Of a DNA stretch of 54,053 bases, positions 1-10,758 are shown piece after piece. Under the pieces are notes generated by a model. The model did no database searches. It was given only the letters and a program-made list of their open reading frames with translations, and was not told where the DNA came from. Both the position numbers and the translations under genes were made by a program. This DNA is from Octopus bimaculoides. Taxonomy: Eukaryota. Where the stretch lies: contig NC_068998.1 in the NCBI RefSeq assembly GCF_001194135.2, positions 34,330,270-34,384,322 of the forward strand, given 5' to 3'. Positions within the stretch are counted from its first letter, which is position 1, and every line of letters begins with the position of its first letter.

Positions 1-251
1 GCATTTTCGTGCAGCTGAAGATTGCTCTTCATATTGCATTTAATGTAATGCTCACATTACTTAAATAAATTGGAGTGGCATGAAACGTGCGTACTGCAAT
101 CACCTTCGAAATCCGTGTTGCTTATTTTTTGATTTTGATCACCTATCCTTTTGGAATACGATATTCGGGTGCCTACGCATAAGTACCATATTCAACCCTG
201 AATCTATATCTAAACCGTCTATATATATATGTATATATATATATGTTTTGA

Positions 252-634
252 AGGCACAGGTGTGGCTATGTGGTAAATAGCTTGCTTGCCAACCACATGG
301 TTCTGGGTTCAGTTCCACTGTGTGGCTCCTAGGGCAAGTGTCTTCTACTATAGCCTCAGGCTAACCAAAGTCTTGTGAGTGGATTTGGTAGACAGAAACT
401 GAAAGAAGCCCATCATGTGTATGTGTTTGTATGCCTCTATTTGTCCCCACAACATCGCTCGACAACGAATGGTGGTGTGTTTACGTCCCCATAACTTAGC
501 AGTTCGGCAAAAGAGACCGATAGAATGAGTTCTAGGCTTACAAAGAATAAATACTAGGGTCGATTTGCCTGACTGAAGGCGATGCTCCAGCATGGCCACA
601 GTCAAATGACTGAAACAAATAAAAGAATAAAAGG
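252..634 (+). mobile_element. SINE family A (tRNA-derived head), full-length
   Basis: A-box-like TGGCTATGTGG and B-box-like GGTTCAGTTCC, body gggcaagtgtcttctactatagcc, tail gtcaaatgactgaaacaaataaaagaa. Near-identical copies at 6677, 20830 and 40000. Confidence 0.9.
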
Positions 635-790
635 ATATATATATATATATATATATATANNNNNNNNNNNNNNNNNNNNNNNNNNNNNNNNNNNNNNNNN
701 NNNNNNNNNNNNNNNNNNNNNNNNNNNNNNNNNNNNNNNNNNNNNNNNNNNNNNNNNNNNNNNNNNACACACACACACACACACACACAT
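635..790. repeat. (TA)n and (CA)n microsatellites flanking assembly gap 660-766
   Basis: Read directly from the sequence. Confidence 0.95.
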
Positions 791-1744
791 TCCTCTATTC
801 CCAGTGAGCATACACTTTCACGAACACTACAAATTTTAAAATTTTAATTGATACTATTTACATCTACTTCTATCATCATTGTATCTGGAAGAACCCTAAA
901 TTTCCTCTCTCTGTAGTTGGGGTTACAATTCTAGAACTTCATAATCCGTTTCAACCCCTTCCCCTCCACTCTTGCCATCTAATGACTCTGACCAATGCTG
1001 GGGGTCAGCCATGTGATGAAAGTGGCATCTGCTATTTTTCATCTCTTATCTATCTGTGTGTAGATATTGCCTAACCGAGTGGTTGACAAACCTTTTCAGG
1101 CTGCTACCCTTTGCCCCCAACTCACCACCACAAACACAGACTACTTTCTGCAGCAAATTCAAAGCAACAGTTATTTTACAAATAAAACTTAACCCAGTTA
1201 ACCTATTATTTTGTTGTTTTTACATCCATCACCCCATTTTGGCCACCCCATTATCACCCCACCTTTCTTTAACACCTCCTGGATCTTTCCACCTATCCTC
1301 CAAGGGGGCAGTATCACCCACCTTAGGAACCACTGTTCTAATCCCTTTTGCCAAACACATCCTCGCTACACTGACTACTCTCATGCATCTACCATTATGT
1401 CTATCCTTCACACTGTAGCATAGCATTCTAATCCTAAATCACTCTCTATTCAAAAATGGAACTAGTAACATCCATTATCCTTTGCCATGGATTGTCATCA
1501 AATCTCCACCTATAGAATTGCTAATGGCTTTTTTATCTTTTACCTATAACTTTATAACTTTGATCATAGAACTACCAAACATCATATACTTTTCATTCTG
1601 ATCCTTTCTTTATTTCTTGATGAACTGGAAAGTACAAATATCCTCAATTGGGGATATTTTTCATTTCTATAATTTCTGACTTCTCTCTCTCCTATGACGT
1701 AATACATAGCTTAATGAATCCTTACTCAATATAATGATCCACAT

Positions 1745-1960
1745 TAAGGCAACAAGTTGGCAAAATCATTATCGCACTAGACAAAATGCATCATGGCATT
1801 TTGTCCATCTTTAAATCCTGAGTTTAAATTCTGCCAAGGTTGCCTTCATCTTTTATCCTTTTTGGGTCAATAAAATAAGTACCAGTTGAAATCTGGTGTT
1901 GATGTAATCGACTTACCTTTTACCTCATACTTGCTGGCCTTGTGCCAAAATTTGAAGCCA
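1745..1960 (+). mobile_element. SINE family B, diverged
   Basis: Matches other B copies (gagtttaaattctgcc...aaataagtaccagttg...gatgtaatcgactta...ggccttgtgccaaaatttgaa). Confidence 0.8.
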
Positions 1961-2599
1961 GTATCATGATCCATATGGTTGGCTATCCTAGAAACAGCTG
2001 TAAGAAACAATCTTTTTATCATAAGTATTCTGCACTATTTACATTCATTAGTGACACCAAAAAGAACATATTTTCATCTTTTTTAACACTTGATGTATAC
2101 AAAATGTGTTCATTTCTGCATAATGTGCTGGAAAGAAAAAGCATAGATATATGCTTTTTCTTTAAGGAGAACAAATATATATATATGCTTATATTCATAT
2201 GTATGCCTTGATTTGTTTTCCCATCAGTTAAATTCTTTTATTCTTCAGCACTGTATCATTTATATCCCTATAATTTCTGACTTCTTATTATCTGTCGTTC
2301 ACCTCACCCATTTGTGAACTTACCTGAATCCCTGTCCTTATCCCCACCTACTTGTTTCTCCCTCACCATCCACCTTTACATTCACTCTCTTGTGTCTTGA
2401 GTGTCTACCCTGACATCTCATCTCCATCATCTTCACCTTTCTAACTGGGGTGGCCATGTATCTCCTCTATAGCAAGACACATGTCCATATCCATCTGTCG
2501 CATTCTTACTTCTCAGCACTTGGCATAAGCCTCTCTATGCAATTCTACACCCTACTCAATCAAGGGGTTCTATCTTGAAAGCTACTTCATGACCTTGTT

Positions 2600-2790
2600 A
2601 GTGCTGGGGACATGAAAAGACATCAAGTACACTCTGTAAACTGTTTTGTTTGATGTTAGGAAGAGCATCCAGCCATAGAAGCATTGCCAAAACAGATATT
2701 GGAACTCAGTGCAGTTCTTTCACTCGTTTGATCCTGCTAAATCATCCAGCCCTTGCCAGCATGGAAAACTGATGCTAAATGATGATGAAG
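2600..2790 (+). mobile_element. RTE LINE 3' tail / RTE-derived short element
   Basis: tacactctgtaaa...ttaggaagagcatccagcc...gcatggaaaactgatgctaaatgatgatga, homologous to 10400-10758 and 24590-24825. Confidence 0.75.
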
Positions 2791-2859
2791 TGAGCTACCA
2801 GAAACATTACAAAAGCAGAAAAATTACCTTGCAATATTTGTACCACTTCTTTACTTTCT

Positions 2860-3005
2860 AAATTTAAATCCTGCTAAATCCTCTTTGGCTTTCACCCTTT
2901 TGGAGTTGATAAAATCAAATACTAGTCAGATATTGAAGTCAGTAGACTTGACTAACCTTCTGTACTTAAAATTGCTGGCTTTGTGCCTAAATCAGAACTC
3001 ATTAC
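2860..3005 (+). mobile_element. SINE family B, 3' fragment (decayed)
   Basis: ctttcaccc...gttgataaaatcaaatactag...ttgctggctttgtgcctaaatcagaa resembles the 3' half of family B. Confidence 0.55.
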
Positions 3006-3407
3006 ATTTTACCTCTAAATTTGATAAAATTCAATTTAAAATATTCAAATCTATCAAATACTTTTAAAAACTTTGTAGGAAAATTATATCGATGCTGTAT
3101 TTGTGAAATACATTCTTCTGTTGTTGTTGTTACTGTATGGCTGCAGACAGCTTGCAAATCAAGTTCAATGCATCCAATTAAATTCAAGCAATTAAGGTAT
3201 ATTAGTTAAATAACACAAGTACGTGATTTACAGATGCGGAAAAATTGTGTCTAAATTGAATCTAATAATAAGGAATTTGCTGAATAGAAATCCTCTATTT
3301 ACCTAATATAATATAATGATATATTTTCTGACATTATTTTCAGTATATAAACAATGATATCTTAAAGCAAGTAAGGTGCACAACATTTCAGACACACTCA
3401 TACATGC

Positions 3408-3469
<62 letters not shown>

Positions 3470-3674
3470 GTATATTTATGTAACTGTATAATAATATATC
3501 ATAATAATGTAAATTCTCTGATTTGATGCACCAATTTTTAATACAAACAAATGACAGAAAAATGATGAGTAAACCCTTTAACTAATTTTAACTCAAAAGT
3601 TGTGGTCATGCTGGGGCATCACTGTTGGCTTTACTACACTTTCATTATTTGAAACCTCCTCTGATATGTGGCAT

Positions 3675-4740
3675 TTAGAGAATGTGCAAGTTTGGTGCTG
3701 TTGCCCTCATCTGTGTTTCCTGCCATGAGGTAGGCTCATTAGGAACCCTTAAGAAGAGGAGCTCCAGTTTTGTTTTGAAGACACCTACATCCACACACAA
3801 TGCTGACTTTTCAGGCATTTGGAAGGATACTAAATAGCTGTGGGCACTTGAAATCCAAACTGTTGCAGTATATGGTCCTATATTTTGATGACGATGTTGG
3901 GATCCTTGGCACTGTGCAGTGGTGCCCCATTCTGCTGTTTGTGTAACTTTCAATGCCAAAGTTTGGTATAAGTCCTTCTAGGATCTTCCAGATGTACATC
4001 ACTGCATATCTTTCTCCCCTTCATTCAAGGGAGTAAAGTCTTAACTTTTTCAGCCTTTCTCAGAAGCGAACATGTTGCATTCAGATGATTTTCTTTGTGG
4101 AGCTTTGCTGGATTGCTTTAAGTTCCATTGTTAATTTTATACTGTGGTGACCATATTTGGGAGCAGTAGTCAATGTGACTTAGGACATGTGTCTACCAAA
4201 GGACTATCATCGTTTCCTGTTCTCTCATTTTGAAAGTTTAGAGGATTCATCCTGCTGGCCATCTGCACTTTATTGCCAAATTAGTAATATGCACTCAGAA
4301 AGATGAATCATTACTCATGTCAATGCCCAGGTCACACACTGATTTTGGTTCAGGGATTGCAATTCTTCCTGGGCTAGTGTATCCTGTGTACATTTTGTTC
4401 AGCTTTGTGTGCTTGTAGCAAAAGGCTTGGAATTTTCCAGCTTTAAACTGCATGATTTTGTCCTCAGCCCACTTGTTCATTGCATCCAACTCCAGTTGCA
4501 CATGTGCAATATTTCCAGGATTCTGTATCTTCTGAGAGACTTTGTGTCATCTGCAGAGCTAGTAAAGGTGGCTATCTGAGCAGCTGAGGGCATGTTTGAG
4601 AGGACCACTATGAATAGCAGCAGCTATAAGACACTGCCCTGTGGAACACCACATACTATTTGTTTCCTTTGAGGTGGCTTCATTGGCCACCACTGCCTGA
4701 CTTCTATTTTTTAGAAAGCTGTGTAGCCACCCTCCAAGTG
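3675..4740 (-). mobile_element. CR1/L2-group LINE ORF2 fragment (RT core to C-terminus), pseudogenised
   Basis: Minus-strand translation: LGGWLHSFLKNRSQAVV.. GVPQGSVL*LLLFIVVLSNM.. SADDTKV.. QLELDAMNKWAEDKIMQFKAGKFQ.. SVCDLGIDMSND.. YIWKILEGLIPN.. VFKTKLELLFLRVPNEP. Contains stops and frameshifts. Confidence 0.9.
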
Positions 4741-5290
4741 TGCTTTTTTTACCCCTTTGGTGCTTTTTCTTTGTCTGCTTCCTGGAAAAGAGTTTTGTTT
4801 TAGGCCCATGCAGTTTTGGTAAGGCTTCTGGTGGGAAAAACAGCAGTTTGTACTGTCATTGTGCCAGCAGTTTCCTTGCAGGTAAAACCTGCATATATTT
4901 TCCTTTCCTCCTTGCTATTCTTTGTTTCAGAGAGCTTTTCTTTTGTCATTTATAAGATTTTGTTTTCTTTCTTTGTCATCCCTTTCATTTCTCTGGCTAT
5001 CTACCATGGCAGGTGGGGCATGGCCAGTATCAGTGTTTCTTTCGTTTGCAAGTTCCTCAATCGTTGCTTTGGATTTGTCCTTTAGGAGGAGGGGGGGTCT
5101 TCTGGGCCCAGGAGGCTTTTCTGTCCTTTTTACTTTCTCCGTCTTTCTTGACATCTTTGCTGCAATCAATTCCCAGAATGACATCAAGGGTGTCAATATG
5201 CTGTCTAATGAGAGCATAAAAACAGAGCAATTCAAGTTTCCTCCCCTCTGTCTGGGTTGTGATTCAGGTGAAACTATTACTCTTTAGTGC
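4741..5290 (-). mobile_element. Probable ORF1 fragment of the same LINE, with a CCCH zinc finger
   Basis: Frame continues from ORF 4927..5235 past two stops into ICRFYLQGNCWHNDSTNCCFSH (C at 4891-4893, H at 4831-4833) and abuts the RT fragment. Confidence 0.6.
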
Positions 5291-5395
5291 CATTGCGACG
5301 ATGTTGTTTGGGGCATTACTGTTGGAAATTTTCCAGGCACACAGAAACAATTGCAGCTCCTTGATAGTCTAATTTTACAACATCTTCACTGTATG

Positions 5396-5498
<103 letters not shown>

Positions 5499-5953
5499 AG
5501 AAATATGAAAGGGGAAGACTGAACGAGAAAAAGAGAGAAAGGAGAGAGAGAGAGAACGGGGGATTGTCTAAGTATGATCATGCAGATATGTGTGTATGTA
5601 TACACAAACATAAACTTTATAGGAAGAGAGAAGTAAAGGGAAAAGAAGTAAAGGGAAGAGAAAAGAGATTAAGAGAGAGAAGAGAAACTCATACCTATAT
5701 ATACATGTATATATACATACATAATTGCACACATGAACATGTGGACCTGTGTTTGTGTGCGCATGAATATATCTATAAATATGTTTTATAGATATATTCA
5801 TATGCATGTGCATACATATATATGTTCTCACACATGTATGTAAAGGGGATAGATAGACAGAGAGGCAGAGAGACAGACAGATCAGTATAACACATGTAGA
5901 GAGAGACAAAGATACAGCAATGGGAATCGACTCAATACCAGGTATGTTATGCT

Positions 5954-6258
5954 CAGGGATTCTCAACCGTTCTTTATCTTTGGAACCCAACAGCCATTCA
6001 ATGCTTATAGAAACTTCTTTCAAAATTCCTATTTTGTTTTTCACACATTAACTTGTGTAGGTTGAACTATGTAAAACGTTAGAGAAAGAAACCTAATTGT
6101 TTCTTGCAATAAATAGCAATACATACATCTAAAGCAAAATTTCTTCAGGGCCTCCTAAAATACTATTGTGGATCTCCAATTTACTATTTTGTTGCATGGA
6201 TCCCAGAAATCTTATATGGACCCTCAGGGGCGATATGGACCCCAATTGAGAACCACTG
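5954..6258. mobile_element. hAT-type MITE (305 bp)
   Basis: Ends CAGGGATTCTCAACC and AATTGAGAACCACTG are imperfect inverted repeats of the CAGTGGTTCTCAA type. Flanks gttatgct (5946-5953) and attatgat (6259-6266) match at 6/8, consistent with an 8-bp TSD. Confidence 0.8.
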
Positions 6259-6676
6259 ATTATGATAAAGATAAGATTATCAGCAGGAAAGATGATATTA
6301 AACTTTGTTTTTCTCACCTTGCCTCACAACTTGCTATGTTAAAAACAAAATAGAATGAAATTCTCCACTCTTGAATTCTTGGCTTCAGTGATCTGGATGC
6401 GTGTGATTTTTAATTGAGAAAACATAAACAAAACTTCCTATTAAAGCAATTTCTGTATTTGGTATTTTGAGCAACAAATTGCAGTCTTCGGGAATATAAT
6501 TTCTCAGAGAAATGAGAAATGTGTGGTTAATGCAGTTAACACTTTTTTTTTTCCTTTTTCAAGTTGTCTCTACTCAAACCACATGTTGAGTCAGTTTTGA
6601 TATTTTGATGTCAGAAAAGTTTTCCTTATGCCTGCGTAGAGGCTGATCAAATTAGAATTTTTTTTTTTTAAATACA

Positions 6677-7070
6677 GGCGCAGGAGTGACTGTGTGGTAA
6701 GTAGCTTGCTTACCAACCACATGGTTCCGGGTTCAGTCCCACTGCGTGGTATCTTGGGCAAGTGTCTTCTACTGTAGCCTCGGGCTGACCAAAGCCTTGT
6801 GAGTGGATTTGGTAGACGGAAACTGAAAGAAGCCCGTCGTATATATGTATATGTATATATATATGTGTGATTGTGTGTCTGTGTTTGTACCCCCAACATC
6901 GCTTGACAACCGATGCTGGTGTGTTTACATGCCCGTAACCTAGCGGTTCGGCAAAAGAGACTGATACAATAAGTATTAGGCTTACAAAGAATAAGTCCTG
7001 GGGTCGATTTGCTCGACTAAAGGCGGTGCTCTAGCATGGCCACAGTCAAATGACTGAAACAAGTAAAAGA
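6677..7070 (+). mobile_element. SINE family A, full-length, well preserved
   Basis: GGCGCAGGAGTGACTGTGTGG..GGTTCAGTCCC head, internal (TA)/(TG) tract, tail gactgaaacaagtaaaaga. Confidence 0.95.
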
Positions 7071-7319
7071 GTGTCCTAGTCATGATATATAATATATTTA
7101 AACCAGAGATCACTTCCTTTTTAGTTGCTTTGATCTAATATGAAGGTTTTCAAATGTTTGCAGGAGCTTATTTTCAAATGATCTAACACACCAGCGCCAG
7201 GTGAGGTAGATATGGAGAGGTACCAAAGGTCCGAAGAGAAGGTAGGAGAGATGAGGGTCCAAGAAAGAATGAAGTTCAGTCTGGCAGGATGAAACTGGGG
7301 TCACCACTTGAGTGTATGT

Positions 7320-8430
7320 TATATATATGGTTCAAATGTACAGAAGACAAAGACAAGTGAGGGAACAATCAGGTGTATTAGTTTGATGCTTAGGAAGAAT
7401 GGAAAAGTCTTTGACATTTTAAAGTTGTGCTATTCGACAAAAAGGAATGAGAAGGAAAACAAGAAAATTGCTGCAAAGTTGCATGACAGTGCTGTGAGAC
7501 ATGACATGCAGTCCATCATATAACTTCTTTGATGTTCCGTTTCTATTTTTCTCTTCTGTTTTACGAATTCAATGTGCACATGCACATCGCACGTTCATAC
7601 TTCTTTTTCTGGTTCCTACACAAAACTATTTACAGATCACAATCATCTCACAAACTTGTGTTCATGAGGAGTGCTTCATGTTCCGATGGTTGTGAAAAAA
7701 ATGGAGAGAGAAAAATGTATCGAGGTTAACAGCTTAACATGATGAAATGATTGGAAGAAAGAGGCCAAGTGAAGAGGAGATAACAGTGACCTGGCTGAAC
7801 TGGGGTGTGCAAGTATGTATGTAAGTGTGTGTGTGTGTGTGTGTGTGTGTCTGTGTGTCTGTGTATAAGTAAACCAGTGTGTGCATTGTGTTCCTTGTAT
7901 TTATGTGTATGTATGTGTGGACATGTGTATTTGCGGTTTGAAAGATTGTGTGTAGTGTGTGGGTGTATGTGCAAATGCTTGTGTGTGTGCAAATGCTTTT
8001 GTGTAGCAGTTAATGTGTGTTTGTGAGAGTAGTGTGTACATGTGTGTGTGTTTGTACATGGTGTGTGTGTGTGTGTGGCCTTATAGTTTGCACACACAAG
8101 CTCACATAATTTTAAGCCTGCCCACACATATATACACATGCTCAACCCATCCACATGTACACACTCACACCAGTCTTACATACATACACACACTTGTGCA
8201 CCCCAGTTCAAATCCGTCGCTGTTATCTCCCCTTCACTTGGCCTTGTCCAGCCATTTCATCACGTTAAACCATTAATCCCAACACATTTTTTCTCTTTCC
8301 ATTTTTTACCTCTCATCTCTTTCTATCAAAGAGCAGAGGCTCAAAATGTCAAAACTTTTCTTTTCTTATGGAGCATCAAACTATTACACCTGCTTGTTGT
8401 TTTCTCACCTATCTTCTGTACATTTGAACC

Positions 8431-8450
<20 letters not shown>
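7320..8450. repeat. Old imperfect inverted repeat pair around a (GT)n/(CA)n core
   Basis: 7320-7470 plus 7690-7812 is the reverse complement of 8200-8450 (e.g. atatatggttcaaatgtacagaaga vs tcttctgtacatttgaaccatatat; ggccaagtgaagaggagataacag vs ctgttatctccccttcacttggcc). Confidence 0.8.
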
Positions 8451-8461
<11 letters not shown>

Positions 8462-8485
8462 CATACATACATACCCACAAATTAA

Positions 8486-8846
8486 GGTTCAGAAAATGGA
8501 GATGTAACATTAATATTTTATCAACTGTAAAAATTCAACATGTTCTCTTACAGCTGTTTCGGTTTTGCCCAAAGAATTAAATTCTAGTGATTAAAACATT
8601 TTATTGGGCAAAATCTCATCAGAGGAATAGAAAAGACCTACGGTTAGGTTATTAAATGCTCTGGATGAATAACATCTAATAACCTAACCGTATGTATTTT
8701 CTATTCCTCTGATGAGATTTTGCACAATAAAATGTTTTAATTACTGGAATTGAATTCTTTGGGCATAATCAAAACAGCTGCAAGAGAACATGTTGAATTT
8801 TTGCAGTTAATAAATTATATCAATGTTACATCTCCATTTATAAACC
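8486..8846. repeat. 361-bp fold-back (palindromic) element
   Basis: Arms of about 170 bp (8486-8658 and 8673-8846) are reverse complements with scattered mismatches and a short loop. Confidence 0.95.
8543..8630 (-). ncRNA. Putative minimal type I hammerhead ribozyme (left arm of fold-back)
   Basis: Minus strand reads CUGAUGA (8622-8616), then G-auuuugcccaa..uugggcaaaac-C (stem II), GAAA (8560-8557), palindromic ACAGCUGU (stem III) and a GUA triplet (8551-8549). Stem I is weak (5 bp with one bulge). Confidence 0.55.
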
Positions 8847-9209
8847 AAGATTTATTCTTAAACATATTGTTTTAGGAATATTATTATTCACAAAAAACAA
8901 AATAGGTAACAAACCAGTAATTCATTGGACATTTTTCATCACTTAATGAGGGTATTTTACCTCTGTTTAAACTTATATATATATATCTATATCTATATAA
9001 ATAATTGCAGCATGGATGGTGTTTATAGGCCATTTAAGAAACACACAAAAACCGTTAGATTCACTTCAACATTTAAATTTAATTTGCCATAATATTTTCG
9101 TCGCTTTGAGAACACAACCTGTTCATTGACAAAATTCCGTGCTGCATCTGAGAAAGTAACAGTCAGTTCATGATATATATGTACGTATGTGTGTGTGTGT
9201 GTGTGTGTG

Positions 9210-10083
9210 NNNNNNNNNNNNNNNNNNNNNNNNNNNNNNNNNNNNNNNNNNNNNNNNNNNNNNNNNNNNNNNNNNNNNNNNNNNNNNNNNNNNNNNNNNN
9301 NNNNNNNNNNNNNNNNNNNNNNNNNNNNNNNNNNNNNNNNNNNNNNNNNNNNNNNNNNNNNNNNNNNNNNNNNNNNNNNNNNNNNNNNNNNNNNNNNNNN
9401 NNNNNNNNNNNNNNNNNNNNNNNNNNNNNNNNNNNNNNNNNNNNNNNNNNNNNNNNNNNNNNNNNNNNNNNNNNNNNNNNNNNNNNNNNNNNNNNNNNNN
9501 NNNNNNNNNNNNNNNNNNNNNNNNNNNNNNNNNNNNNNNNNNNNNNNNNNNNNNNNNNNNNNNNNNNNNNNNNNNNNNNNNNNNNNNNNNNNNNNNNNNN
9601 NNNNNNNNNNNNNNNNNNNNNNNNNNNNNNNNNNNNNNNNNNNNNNNNNNNNNNNNNNNNNNNNNNNNNNNNNNNNNNNNNNNNNNNNNNNNNNNNNNNN
9701 NNNNNNNNNNNNNNNNNNNNNNNNNNNNNNNNNNNNNNNNNNNNNNNNNNNNNNNNNNNNNNNNNNNNNNNNNNNNNNNNNNNNNNNNNNNNNNNNNNNN
9801 NNNNNNNNNNNNNNNNNNNNNNNNNNNNNNNNNNNNNNNNNNNNNNNNNNNNNNNNNNNNNNNNNNNNNNNNNNNNNNNNNNNNNNNNNNNNNNNNNNNN
9901 NNNNNNNNNNNNNNNNNNNNNNNNNNNNNNNNNNNNNNNNNNNNNNNNNNNNNNNNNNNNNNNNNNNNNNNNNNNNNNNNNNNNNNNNNNNNNNNNNNNN
10001 NNNNNNNNNNNNNNNNNNNNNNNNNNNNNNNNNNNNNNNNNNNNNNNNNNNNNNNNNNNNNNNNNNNNNNNNNNNNNNNNNNN
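9210..10083. other. Assembly gap between (GT)n and (TA)n
   Basis: N run. Confidence 1.
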
Positions 10084-10399
10084 TATATATATATATATAA
10101 TGTATGTATGTATGTATGTATGTGTGTGTGTATGTGCAACATATAGAAAGGTGTGTCCTCCAGTTGGAGGATTGAAAAAGTATGCCAAAAGAGTTCATAC
10201 TGTTCCTCCTGCCAATCTGCACAGCTCTGCATTATGTAATAGAATGTGTAAAACTTACACTGGGCTCAAGGATCATTCAAGGGACACACATTGCATCAAC
10301 AATAATTTATTTCAGTGAATCATTCAAGCAATGTCATTGCTCATATATGAGAAAGCAGCTAAGATATGTATGTATGTATATATGTGTGTTTGTGTGTGT

Positions 10400-10758
10400 G
10401 TGTACCTTTGGAAATGTGCTGTGCGTGAGAAGACCCGGCAAGCCAAGTAAGATCGTTGCCAGTGCCCCTGGACTGGTTCTTGTGCGGGTGGCACATGAGA
10501 TGCACCATTTTGAGCGTGGCCGTTGCCAGTACCGCCTGACTGGCTCCTGTAGGATTTTCGAGCGAGATCGTTGCCAGTGCCCCTGGACTGGCTTGTGCGG
10601 GTGGCACATAAAAGACACCATTTCGAGCGTGGCCGTTTTCGTGTGGGTGACACGTAAAAGCACCCACTACACTCTCTGAGTGGTTGGCGTTAGGAAGGGC
10701 ATCCAGCTGTAGAAACTCTGCCAAATCAGACTGGAGCCTGGTGTTGCCATCCGGTTTC
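10400..10758 (+). mobile_element. RTE LINE 3' end with internally repeated 3'UTR
   Basis: Encodes ..LWKCAVREKTRQAK*, followed by repeated gatcgttgccagtgcccctggactgg..gtgcgggtggcacat units and tggttggcgttaggaagggcatccagc. Truncated by gap 10759-10995. Confidence 0.85.

Noticed and set aside
1050-2570. PLE GIY-YIG remnants in pyrimidine-rich tracts (also 11090-11460 and 32140-32340)
   Set aside because: The composition is suggestive, but I could not recover diagnostic motifs. A profile search would be needed.
5568-6044. 158-aa ORF
   Set aside because: It spans a MITE and (TA/CA/GA) repeats, and the composition is low-complexity.
6677-6760. tRNA genes at SINE heads
   Set aside because: A/B-box-like motifs are present, but there is no complete cloverleaf and each continues into a SINE body.
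9023-10318. Long ORFs of 300-450 aa here and at 10359-11425, 36161-36895 and 42686-44136
   Set aside because: They are open only because they run through N gaps and dinucleotide repeats.
10440-10660. CRISPR-like repeat array (also 24590-24780)
   Set aside because: Units are degenerate tandem pieces of an RTE 3'UTR without unique spacers, in a eukaryotic context with no cas genes.
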